Assembly (NCBI GenBank): GCA_963822945.1
Contig: CAWGJO010000015.1
Coordinates: 1-33,789, forward strand
Reading direction: 5' to 3'
Origin: an uncultured Gemmatimonadaceae bacterium
GTDB lineage: Bacteria > Gemmatimonadota > Gemmatimonadetes > Gemmatimonadales > Gemmatimonadaceae
DNA length: 33,789 bases
A program made the position numbers and the translations under genes. The notes beneath the pieces are model-generated. The model ran no database searches. It was not told the origin of the DNA and worked only from the letters and a program-made list of their open reading frames with translations. This document shows, one piece after another, positions 11,741 through 20,726 of this stretch (position 1 is the stretch's first letter; every line of letters starts with the position of its first letter).

Positions 11741-13273
11741 ATGCCCCGCGCACTCCTCTCCGTCTCCGATAAGTCCGGTCTCGTCGACTTCGCCCAGGGT
11801 CTCGCCGCACTCGGCTGGGAGCTCATCTCCACCGGTGGCACGGCGCGCGCCCTGCGCGATGCGGGGCTCGCCGTGCGCGACGTGAGCGAGGTGACCGGAT
11901 TCCCGGAGATGCTCGACGGGCGCGTGAAGACCCTGCATCCAGTGGTGCACGGCGGGCTGCTGGCGCGCCGCGACGTGCCGGAGCATATGGCGGCGCTCGC
12001 CGAGCACGACATCGCTCCCATCGACCTGGTGGTCGTGAACCTGTATCCGTTTCGCGAGACCGCGGCCAAGGCCGGCGTCACGCCCGAAACGGTGATCGAG
12101 AACATCGACATCGGCGGCCCGAGCATGCTGCGCTCGGCGGCCAAGAACTTCGCGTCGGTGTACGTGGTGGTCGATCCGGCGGATTACGCGCGCGTGTTGG
12201 CCACGCTGCAGTCGGGCGACGACGACCTCGACCTGCGCCGGCTGCTGGCCGGCAAGGTGTACGCGCACACCGCGAGCTACGACGCCGCCATCGCCACCTG
12301 GTTCGCCGACCAGCGCGGCGACACCTTCCCGCAAACGGTGACGATGAGCTTCCAACTGGCGCAGTCGCTGCGCTATGGGGAGAACCCGGGCCAGGCGGCG
12401 GCGTTCTACGTCGAGCGGCCGGGCGTGGGACTCTCGGCCCTGCAGCAGAAGGGCGGCAAGGAACTCTCGTTCAACAATCTCATCGACCTCGAGGGCGCGC
12501 TGCTGGCCATCGAACCGTTCGGCAAGCAGACGGCGTGCGCGATCGTGAAGCACACCACGCCGTGCGGGCTGGCGGTGGGGGCCACGGCGCGCGAGGCGTA
12601 CGAGAAGGCGCTCGCCTGCGACCCGGTGTCGGCCTTCGGCTCGGTGATCGCCTTCAACGTGCCGGTGGACGAGGAGACCGCGAACGTGGTGGCGAGCCTG
12701 TTCGTGGAGTGCATCGTGGCGCCGTCGTTCAGCGCCGCGGCGGTGGACGTCCTGGGCCGCAAGAAGAATCTGCGCGTGCTCGAAGGAACGGCGAAGTGGC
12801 CACCGAAGAGCTTCGACTACAAGCGCGTGCGCGGTGGGGTGCTGGTGCAGGAGCGCGCGCCGGGCGTGATCGACGACGCAGGATGGACGGTGCCGACCAA
12901 GCGGTCGCCGACCTCCGACGAGCTGGCCGATCTCCTGTTCGCGTGGCGGGCCGTGGCGAGCGTGAAGAGCAATGCCATCGTGCTCACGCGCAATGGCGCG
13001 ACCATCGGGATCGGCGCGGGTCAGATGTCGCGCGTGGACGCCTCGTTCATCGCGGCGCACAAGGCGCGGCTCACGGGGCACGACACGCAGGGCGCGGTGA
13101 TGGGCTCCGACGCGTTCTTCCCCTTCCGGGACGGCGTGGATCACGCCGCCGAGGCGGGTGTGAAGGCGATCATTCAGCCGGGCGGGAGCGTGCGCGACGC
13201 GGAAGTGGTCGCCGCCGCCGACGAACACGGCATGGCGATGGTGTTCACCGGCAAGCGGCAGTTCCGGCACTAG
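11741..13273 (+). CDS. purH: Bifunctional AICAR formyltransferase/IMP cyclohydrolase
   Basis: [82 protein letters not shown] and RQFRH. Confidence 0.99.
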   Translation: MPRALLSVSDKSGLVDFAQGLAALGWELISTGGTARALRDAGLAVRDVSEVTGFPEMLDGRVKTLHPVVHGGLLARRDVPEHMAALAEHDIAPIDLVVVNLYPFRETAAKAGVTPETVIENIDIGGPSMLRSAAKNFASVYVVVDPADYARVLATLQSGDDDLDLRRLLAGKVYAHTASYDAAIATWFADQRGDTFPQTVTMSFQLAQSLRYGENPGQAAAFYVERPGVGLSALQQKGGKELSFNNLIDLEGALLAIEPFGKQTACAIVKHTTPCGLAVGATAREAYEKALACDPVSAFGSVIAFNVPVDEETANVVASLFVECIVAPSFSAAAVDVLGRKKNLRVLEGTAKWPPKSFDYKRVRGGVLVQERAPGVIDDAGWTVPTKRSPTSDELADLLFAWRAVASVKSNAIVLTRNGATIGIGAGQMSRVDASFIAAHKARLTGHDTQGAVMGSDAFFPFRDGVDHAAEAGVKAIIQPGGSVRDAEVVAAADEHGMAMVFTGKRQFRH

Positions 13274-13281
13274 CCTCGAGA

Positions 13282-13504
13282 ACGGGCCTGAACCACGGGC
13301 ATCAAGAACGGAGGGAAAGAACAAGATGAAACGGAAACATCCGATGAGACCGATTTCTCTTTGATGGGACTCGGTGGGAAGCTCAGCCCGCATGGCGGCC
13401 GGTACTCTCCTCCGATGACCCCAAGGGAAACCGCAGTTCAATCAGTTCGATCCGGTGAATCCTGTATCGTTTTGTTCCAACCTCCGTTCCTGATGCCGGT
13501 CCGT
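13282..13504. repeat. Long imperfect palindrome (rod-like hairpin) filling the convergent purH/VOC intergenic region
   Basis: GGCATCAAGAACGGAGG (13298-13314) pairs with CCTCCGTTCCTGATGCC (13481-13497) at 16/17 positions. Pairing continues inward (GAACAAGATGA/TCGTTTTGTTC, TTTCTCTTTG/CAAGGGAAA, GGGACTCGG/CCGATGACCC) and outward (ACGGGCC/GGTCCGT). Confidence 0.8.
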
Positions 13505-13512
13505 CGCGCCGG

Positions 13513-13920
13513 CTACTTGAACGCCGCGAAGCCGACCATGTTGCCGCCCGGCTCGCGCACGTAGATCTCCGTGCTTCCGTAGAAGGTCTCGTGCCGCGGC
13601 TTCACCACCGGGGCGCCGGCGAGCGCGCGCTCCGCGGCGTCGATGTCGTCCACCGTGATGAACAGGGTCACCGAGTGCCCGGCCAGTTCATCGGCCAACG
13701 ACGGGTTCTCGCTCACCACGCTGGCCCGCGTCTGGTACATCACCTCGATGCCGTCGCGCTTGGCACTGGCGAAGACGAGCGCGCCGTCGGGCCCCGGCAC
13801 CTGGTTCTCGACCGTGAAGCCGAGTCGGTCCGACCAGAACGAGAGGCAGGGCTCCACCCGGTCGACGACCATCACGGGCGTCAACTGGCGGAGATTCGGG
13901 AGGTCGGCGTTGGCACTCAT
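13513..13920 (-). CDS. VOC/glyoxalase/bleomycin-resistance family protein
   Basis: LTPVMVVDRVEPCLSFWSDRLGF, LFITVDDID and HETFYGSTEIYVREPGGNMVGF. ATG 13920 has GGAG upstream. Confidence 0.88.
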   Translation of the reverse strand: MSANADLPNLRQLTPVMVVDRVEPCLSFWSDRLGFTVENQVPGPDGALVFASAKRDGIEVMYQTRASVVSENPSLADELAGHSVTLFITVDDIDAAERALAGAPVVKPRHETFYGSTEIYVREPGGNMVGFAAFK

Positions 13921-14156
13921 GGGAGGCTCCGGGGTTGAGAGGGACACGGTCATCGACGCGCCCCGAAGATACCGAATAAAGGCCGAAGCCACAATACGGC
14001 GCGGCGCGGTGACCAATGCCTTGGGACGGGGATTCCTCGCGTTCTCCTGACGCCGGATTCCCTTTCATAACTCTTGGTCCCACCGCATCTTTGAGTATCT
14101 TGTCGGCGCCCTGCCTCTCGGCGGGGCGCGTGCTGTCCGTTTCCCAATCGACCGAC

Positions 14157-16472
14157 ATGGCGACCACTTCGAAGCCGGATCTCGACTACCGCCCCTCCTA
14201 CCTGGCCGCCACGATCGCCGGCGCGCTGGTGTTCCTTCTCTACCTCGTGACCCTGGCGCCGAGCACGGCGATGTGGGACACGAGCGAGTACCTCGCCGCG
14301 GCGTACACCCTCGGCCTCCCGCATCCGCCGGGCAACCCGCTGTTCGTGCTGCTGGGCCGGGTAATGTCGCTGCTGCCCATCGCCGGATCGGTGGCGATGC
14401 GCATCAACATCTTCGCCGCCCTGTGCAGTGCCGTCGCCGCGGCGATGTGGTTCCTGACCACCGAGCGGGTGCTGGTGAGCTGGTTCCCGGAGCGGTGGCG
14501 CCGGATCGTCGGGGCGAGCATCGCCACGCTGATCGGTGCCACGGCGTTCACGGTCTGGAACCAGTCGGTGGTGAACGAGAAGGTCTACACCATCTCGCTG
14601 GCCGGCATCGCGATCATCTCGTGGCTGATGATCCGCTGGTCGGACGATCCCGACGGCCCGAAGGCGGACAAGGTCATCATCCTCGTGGCGTACCTGCTCG
14701 GGTTGGGCTACGCGAACCATATGGCGGGGATGCTCGCCGCACCGGCCGTCGGCCTGGCGATCATCATGCGCCGGCCGCGCTACCTCCTGCGCTGGAAGCT
14801 GATCCTCGCGTCGCTGCTCGCGCTGGGCTTCGGCATCACTCCTTTCGCCATCCAGCCCATTCGCGCGGCCTACTACCCGGCCATGAACGAGGGCGAGCCC
14901 ACCGCGTGCCGCGACGGCCTCCACTGGTCGTGCACGTTCAGCAAGGGCACGTACGACGCGTTCATGTACAACTTCAATCGCGGGCAGTACGGCAAGCCGT
15001 CGTTGATGGACCGCCAGGCCCCGTTCATTCAGGGCCAGGTGGGCATGTGGTGGTGGTACTTCAAGTGGCAGTGGATGCGCGACGCGCTCGACCGGAACCC
15101 GGCGCTGCAGAGCATGCTCGCCGCCGTGTTCCTGGTGCTCGGCCTGTTCGGCGGCTGGGTGCACTACAAACGCGACCGACGAAGTTGGTGGTACTTCGCC
15201 GGACTCATGTTCACGGTCACGTTGTGTCTGATCTTCTACCTGAACTTCAAGTACGGGGCCTCGCAATCGCCACAACTGGGGCAGAGTGTGCCCCGCGAGG
15301 TCCGCGACCGGGACTACTTCTTCATCTGGAGCTTCTCGCCGTGGGGCGTGTGGGCGGCGCTCGGCCTGATGTTCGTGTGGGAATCCATCGGCTCGCTGTT
15401 CGGCACCGAGCGCGTGAAGCTCGGCGGCCAGACCGTCGAAACGCCCACCCGCAACGGGTGGTGGGCGGGCTCGCCGGTGCTGCTCATTGCCATCATCCCG
15501 CTGTTCGCCAACTGGCAGTGGGCGTCGCGCGCCGGCCAGACCGACACGCGCGACTTCGCGGTGGACATGCTCAACTCGGTGGAGCCGTACGGCGTGCTCG
15601 TGGTGGTGGGCGACAACGACACCTTCCCGCTCTGGTATGCCCAGGACGTGCTGCACATCCGGCGGGACGTCGTGGTGGCCAACACGTCGCTGCTCAACAC
15701 CGACTGGTACGTGCGGCAGCTCATCCGCCGGCCCATCTATACCTACGACAAGGCCAAGGGACCGGCCATCTATCGTGACAAGGACTGGCCGAAACCCACC
15801 ACGCCGCCTCTGCACATGACGATGGACGAGGCCGACGCGGTGCCGGCGTACTTCCCGATCCGTGCGCCGACCACGTACACCCTGGGTCCCATCAAGGCGA
15901 CGATCAATCCCAAGAACCTGCCGCAGGACGACGCGGGCACCGGCTATCTGGACCGCGCCGGCGTGTTCGTGCTGCGCATGATCGCCGACTCGTACAACGA
16001 GCGGCCCATCTACATCAGCCGCACCGCGGGCAACTACGCCGAGACCCTCGGGCTGGGCAACAACGTCATCACGCAGGGGCTGGCGCAGAAGGTGTTCATT
16101 CCCACCAAGAACATGGGACCTGACACCGTGATGGTGCAGGGCGACGGCTACATGGACGTCAATCGCACGCTCACCCTGTGGGACAGCGTCTTCAAGGCGC
16201 CCGAGTCGTTGGCCAGGCGCCACGGCTGGGTGGACAAGCCGTCCATCGGCATTCCCTATCTGTATATCGCCACGGGCGTGGAACTGGAGCAGACGCTGAA
16301 CGCGGTGGGCAAGTCGCAGTACGCACCGCGCATCGTCAGCGATACACGCAAGATCGTGAAGGCGCTCAATCTGGAGGACTACTTCCCGGGCATGGACGTG
16401 CTGCCGCCGGTGCCCGCGGTTCCGTCGGGCGATTCGGCGGTCGGAACGCCGATCCCCACAAAGAAGAAGTGA
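14157..16472 (+). CDS. DUF2723 / TMEM260-like polytopic membrane protein (putative GT-C glycosyltransferase)
   Basis: YLVTLAPST..WDTSEY...AYTLGLPHPPGNPLF, VWNQSVVNEKVY, REVRDRDYFF and GDNDTFPLWY. Multiple TM helices followed by a soluble C-terminal domain. Confidence 0.88.
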   Translation: MATTSKPDLDYRPSYLAATIAGALVFLLYLVTLAPSTAMWDTSEYLAAAYTLGLPHPPGNPLFVLLGRVMSLLPIAGSVAMRINIFAALCSAVAAAMWFLTTERVLVSWFPERWRRIVGASIATLIGATAFTVWNQSVVNEKVYTISLAGIAIISWLMIRWSDDPDGPKADKVIILVAYLLGLGYANHMAGMLAAPAVGLAIIMRRPRYLLRWKLILASLLALGFGITPFAIQPIRAAYYPAMNEGEPTACRDGLHWSCTFSKGTYDAFMYNFNRGQYGKPSLMDRQAPFIQGQVGMWWWYFKWQWMRDALDRNPALQSMLAAVFLVLGLFGGWVHYKRDRRSWWYFAGLMFTVTLCLIFYLNFKYGASQSPQLGQSVPREVRDRDYFFIWSFSPWGVWAALGLMFVWESIGSLFGTERVKLGGQTVETPTRNGWWAGSPVLLIAIIPLFANWQWASRAGQTDTRDFAVDMLNSVEPYGVLVVVGDNDTFPLWYAQDVLHIRRDVVVANTSLLNTDWYVRQLIRRPIYTYDKAKGPAIYRDKDWPKPTTPPLHMTMDEADAVPAYFPIRAPTTYTLGPIKATINPKNLPQDDAGTGYLDRAGVFVLRMIADSYNERPIYISRTAGNYAETLGLGNNVITQGLAQKVFIPTKNMGPDTVMVQGDGYMDVNRTLTLWDSVFKAPESLARRHGWVDKPSIGIPYLYIATGVELEQTLNAVGKSQYAPRIVSDTRKIVKALNLEDYFPGMDVLPPVPAVPSGDSAVGTPIPTKKK

Positions 16473-16482
16473 GTTGCCAGGC

Positions 16483-16542
16483 CGGTAGGTCGGGGATCAC
16501 GGTTCCCGACCTCCCGACCTCCCGACCTACCGACTTACCGAT
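16483..16542. repeat. REP-like inverted repeat plus octamer tandem array between convergent genes
   Basis: CGGTAGGTCGGG (16483-16494) is the exact reverse complement of 16521-16532. CCCGACCT occurs three times (16505-16528), followed by ACCGACTT and ACCGAT. Confidence 0.8.
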
Positions 16543-16958
16543 CGATCTGATGTCTTCTTGCGCGCGCCGGCATCCCACTCGGGTGCCGGCGCGCCGAGTC
16601 GTTCGGGCGACGATGCACCGCCTACCGGCGGCCGTTCACCGCGGGCCAGCGCCCGCGAGCGCGCGAACATCCACGCACCCCACAAAGCCAACGGCGGCAC
16701 GGCAATCCAGAGCGCGATCGGCAGCAGCCCCGCCGACCGCTCGATCAGCGTGTGCCCCGTGCGCGAGACGGTCACTCCGATCGCGCCATCACCGAACGAC
16801 GCGGACACGTTCGCCGTGCCCGGCGGGCCGCCGGAGCGCGTGGCGCGGAAGACCGCGAGCACGATGGGTGTGAGCGTGACGGCCGCGAGTCCGAGCCAGT
16901 ACGCGGACCAGGCGGCCAACAAGTGACCGGGACGCCAGTGGAAGAGTGAGAATCGCAT
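16527..16958 (-). CDS. Hypothetical two-TM membrane protein
   Basis: ATG 16958 with GGAG upstream. Two hydrophobic segments (LLAAWSAYWLGLAAVTLTPIVLAVF and LLPIALWIAVPPLALWGAWMF). It lies 19 nt downstream of corA on the same strand. Confidence 0.7.
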   Translation of the reverse strand: MRFSLFHWRPGHLLAAWSAYWLGLAAVTLTPIVLAVFRATRSGGPPGTANVSASFGDGAIGVTVSRTGHTLIERSAGLLPIALWIAVPPLALWGAWMFARSRALARGERPPVGGASSPERLGAPAPEWDAGARKKTSDRSVSR

Positions 16959-16977
16959 ACGAGCTCCCGAGTCTTGT

Positions 16978-18045
16978 TCAAACGTCGTCGTCGCTTCCGA
17001 TCCAGCCCTTCCGCCAGAAATACGCAATCATCGCCCCCGCCGTCAGCGCCATCACGCCGAGCACGGCGGGGTACGCCCAGGGCCACGCCAATTCCGGCAT
17101 GTGCGTGAAGTTCATTCCATAAACACCGGCCACGAAGGTGAGGGGAATGAAAATGGTGGCCATGATCGTGAGCACCTTCATGACCTCGTTGGTGCGCTGC
17201 CCCATGATCGACAGATACAGATCCATGAGCGTGCCGACGAGTTCGCGATACGACTCGGTGACGTCGATGACCTGCACGGCATGGTCGTAGCAGTCGCGCA
17301 GGTGCAGGCGCACCATCTCGCTCACCAGCGGATGTTCCGTACGGATCAACGCATTGATGGCTTCGCGCTGCGGCCAGATCGCGCGGCGCAACCCGAGGAG
17401 CTGCCGTTTGGCCTCGTACATGCGGCGCAGGTGAATGGGCTGCGCGCGTTCGAGCGTTTCCTCCTCGAGCGTCTCCAGAAAGTCCCCGATCGTCTCGAGC
17501 ACCGGATAGTACCCGTCCACCACGGTGTCGATGATCGCGTAGGCCAGATAGTCCGGCCCCAGACGGCGGATCGGCCCCACGCCGCTGCGAATGCGCTCCC
17601 GCACGGGGTCGAAGATGTCCCCGTACCGTTCCTGCAGGGTGAGCACGAACGTCGGACCGAAGAAGATGCTGAGCTGCTCGACGTCCACCTCGGCGCCCGT
17701 GTCGCACCGCGTCATGCGGGTGATGAAGAGCTGGAAGCGCTCGTACGCCTCGGCCTTGGGACGCTGCGGGACGTTGATCGCATCCTCGAGCGCGAGGGGG
17801 TGCAGGGAGAAGAGTTCGCCGATCCGGCGGATCGCGGCTTCGTCTCCGATGCCCTGCACGTCCACCCAGGTCACGGTATCGCGTTCGATGAATGCGGCCA
17901 GATCTTCCACGCTGGCCACGTCCCGCTCCTCGACGGCATCGGGCCCGTAGTCGAGCACGTGGATCTTGGGCGGGAGCGCGCCGGCCGGAATGACCAGCGT
18001 GCCAGGCCTGGAGCCTGCCGGCGGGTGCCGTTTGCGAAAGAACAT
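16978..18045 (-). CDS. corA: Magnesium/cobalt transporter CorA
   Basis: GSRPGTL N-terminus, TWVDVQG, LHPLALED, QRPKAE, TNEVMKVLT, FIPLTFVAG and the signature YGMNFTHMPEL. GGAGGTG RBS before ATG 18045. Confidence 0.96.
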   Translation of the reverse strand: MFFRKRHPPAGSRPGTLVIPAGALPPKIHVLDYGPDAVEERDVASVEDLAAFIERDTVTWVDVQGIGDEAAIRRIGELFSLHPLALEDAINVPQRPKAEAYERFQLFITRMTRCDTGAEVDVEQLSIFFGPTFVLTLQERYGDIFDPVRERIRSGVGPIRRLGPDYLAYAIIDTVVDGYYPVLETIGDFLETLEEETLERAQPIHLRRMYEAKRQLLGLRRAIWPQREAINALIRTEHPLVSEMVRLHLRDCYDHAVQVIDVTESYRELVGTLMDLYLSIMGQRTNEVMKVLTIMATIFIPLTFVAGVYGMNFTHMPELAWPWAYPAVLGVMALTAGAMIAYFWRKGWIGSDDDV

Positions 18046-18055
18046 CCCCGTGTCA

Positions 18056-18117
18056 CCTCCCGGTTGCGTGGAGGCCATCGCACCGGGGTTCCGGTGCGAC
18101 CGCGCCTCTGCATTGTA
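18056..18117 (-). promoter_or_regulatory. Putative corA -10 element and structured 5' leader
   Basis: Minus-strand TACAAT at 18112-18117. Perfect 9-bp hairpin TCGCACCGG-AACC-CCGGTGCGA (18078-18099). CCTCC (18070-18074 on the minus strand) is complementary to the SD GGAGG (18056-18060). Confidence 0.4.
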
Positions 18118-18259
18118 GCCATTGCGCGGCGGCACCGCCCGTTCGGCCCGAGCGCCGCCCCGCCCCGCGAACCACCGGGGCGCTTGCCGGGTAACTTGAA
18201 GCGATGCGCCGCCGCGCGCCGTCCGGTACGGCGGCCACACTCTCATGGAAGGTGATCGC

Positions 18260-20676
18260 ATGTCCGTCATCCCGCAGACCCCCGACGCGCCGGGCGCCCC
18301 CGGCATCGGCCCCACCTGGACCAGCAGCGCCAAGGACATCGTGGGCTGCTCGCTCGGCCCGTCGCAACTGTGGTACACCATGGGCTTCGGGATCGTCAAC
18401 GAGGTCTACTATCCGCGCATCGACATCCCGCAGATCCGCGACCTCGGATTCATCGTCGCCGACGGCAAGGGGTTCTGGGTCGAGGTGAAGCGGCTGCAAC
18501 GCTACGAGTCTGCGACTCCCCGATGCCGGCATCCCGGTGGTCGACATCGTCCACCGCCACGACCGGTTCGAGTTGTCGCTGCGGGTGGTGGCCGATCCGA
18601 TGCGCGACGTGCTGCTGCTCTCGCTCCGCCTCACGGGAGACGAGACGCTGCGCCCGTACGTCCTGCTGGCGCCGCATCTCGGCGGCACCGGCCGCGGGAA
18701 CCTGGCGACCGCCGTCCGCGACCGGGGCGTCAATGCGCTGTGCGCCGAACAGGGACCGTTCGGCCTCGCACTCGTGGCCCGCGACGACGCCGGCGGTGAC
18801 GCCATGGGCCGTACGAGTGCCGGATACGTGGGCACGAGCGACGGGTGGCAGGACTTCGACCGCAACGGGGCGATGACCTGGACCCACGGGCACGCCGGCC
18901 CGGGCAACGTGGCGCTGATGGGGGAACTCGCCGCGCAGCGCCACGCTGGCGCTCGGGCTCAGTTCGAGCCCGCAGTCGGCGGCCACGCTCGCCGCCTCGG
19001 CCCTGCAGCAGGACTTCGACTCGGTGTGGAACGGAGAGGCCGACCGCTGGCGCGCGTGGCATGCGCGCACGAGCGCCGACGGCAGCGGCGGCGGCGACGG
19101 CAAATTCCGCCTGACCGATGACCGGCAGCGCGCGGCATTGCGCACGTCGGCCATGGTCTTGCACGTGCACCGCGACAAGACCTTTCGCGGCGCCATGGTG
19201 GCGAGCCTCAGCGTGCCGTGGGGCAGCAGCAAGGACGACCTGGGCGGCTACCACCTGGTGTGGCCGCGCGACCTCGTGGAGAGCGCGGGCGCGCTGCTGG
19301 CGCTCGGCGCCGATGGAGGAGGCGCGCGACGTGATGCGCTATCTCGTGGCCACGCAGAACGAGGACGGCCACTGGTTCCAGAACCAGTGGCTGGGCGGCA
19401 CGCCGTACTGGCACGGCGTCCAGCTCGACGAGGCCGCCTTTCCGTTGCTGCTCGCCGGCGCGTCGACGAGCGCGGTGCGCTGGACGGCATTCGGGTAGCG
19501 GGCATGGTGCGGCGCGCCGTGCGGCTTCATCGCGCTCAACGGCCCGTCGAGCGACCAGGACCGATGGGAAGAGGACAGCGGCGTGAACCCGTTCACGCTC
19601 GCCGTCGTGCATCGCCGCGCTGGTGTGCGGCGCCGCACTTTCTGGACGGCGCCGAGCGCGAGTTGGCACTGCGCCTGGCCGACTTCTGGAATGCGCGCGC
19701 CGAAGACTGGACGACGGTGCGCGGCACGGCGCTGGCGCAACGGCTCGGCGTGACGCGGTACTACGTGCGCGTGGCGCCCGCCCGGCGTGGTGTCGTCGGC
19801 ACGACGCGCTCGTACGAGGTGCTGGCGATCAAGAACCTGCGCGTACGACCCCGACCTGCCGGCCGACGACCAGGTGGGCACCGACTTTCTGCAGCTCGTG
19901 CGCTCGGGCTGCGCGGCGCCGACGATCCCGTGATCTGCGACAGCGTGAAGGTGGTCGACGCGCTGCTCAGGGTGGACACGCCCAACGGGCCCGCCTGGCA
20001 CCGCTACAACGGCGACGGATACGGCGAACACGATGACGGCTGCGCCCTTCGACGGCACGGGCGGCGGCCGCGGCGTGGCCGCTGCTCACCGGCGAGCGCG
20101 GCCACTACGCGCTGGCGGCGGGCGAGGATCCGCTGCCCTACCTGGACGCCATGGTGCAGATGACCGGCCCCGGCGGGCTGATGCCCGAGCAGGTGTGGGA
20201 CCGCGCGCCGATCCCCGGGCGCGGCCTCGTTCCCGGCAAGCCCACGCGGGTCGGCCATGCCGCTGGTGTGGGCGCACGCCGAGTACGTGAAACTCGCGGC
20301 CAGCATACAGCTCGGACATCCGTTCGATCGCGTGACCGCCGTGTGGGAACGCTACGCGGGCAAACGCCCGGACGCCGAGTGGTGGTGCTGGAGCCTGGCC
20401 GCCCCGATCGACGAGGTGGTTGCCGGCAAGGGCCTGCTGATCCATCTCCCCGGGGCGGCCGTCGTGCACTGGAGTGCGGACGGGTGGCAGTCGGTTCATG
20501 ACGACGCCACGCAACCCACCGGCCTCGGCGTGCACCAGTTCGCGATCGCGCCGGACGTCGTGGGCACGGCGCCGTCGCGAGCACTCGCCTTCACCTTCCG
20601 GTGGACGGCATCGGAGGCGTGGGCGGGACGCAACTTTCACGTACGGGTGGTGGACGCCGACGACGACGCGGCGTAG
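18260..20676 (+). CDS. Glucoamylase / glucan 1,4-alpha-glucosidase (GH15), interrupted by about a dozen frameshifts
   Basis: Colinear fragments in alternating frames: APGAPGIGPTWTSSAKD, GIVNEVYYP, SAGYVGTSDGWQD, ASLSVPWG, GGYHLVWPRD, QLDE, DRWEE (catalytic acid), FLQLVR.GLR, RYNGDGYGE, WPLLTGERGHY, LMPEQVWD (catalytic base) and SAMPLVWAHAEY. A true pseudogene cannot be excluded. Confidence 0.88.
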
Positions 20677-20726
20677 CCGGTCGCGGCGGCCGACGCGGCG
20701 GAGTTGGGAGCCGGGGCTCCCGGCCC

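Noticed and set aside
13361..13564. 67-aa ORF inside the long hairpin
   Set aside because: TTG start, atypical composition, no motif, and it overlaps the VOC gene end. The palindrome explains the region better.
16483..16542. CRISPR array (also considered for 11643-11713)
   Set aside because: Units are 7-8 nt with no spacers, and no cas genes are present.
20700..20726. Intrinsic terminator between the glucoamylase and kinase
   Set aside because: Only a short GC hairpin (GGGAGC..GCTCCC) with no U-tract, which is expected by chance at this GC content.
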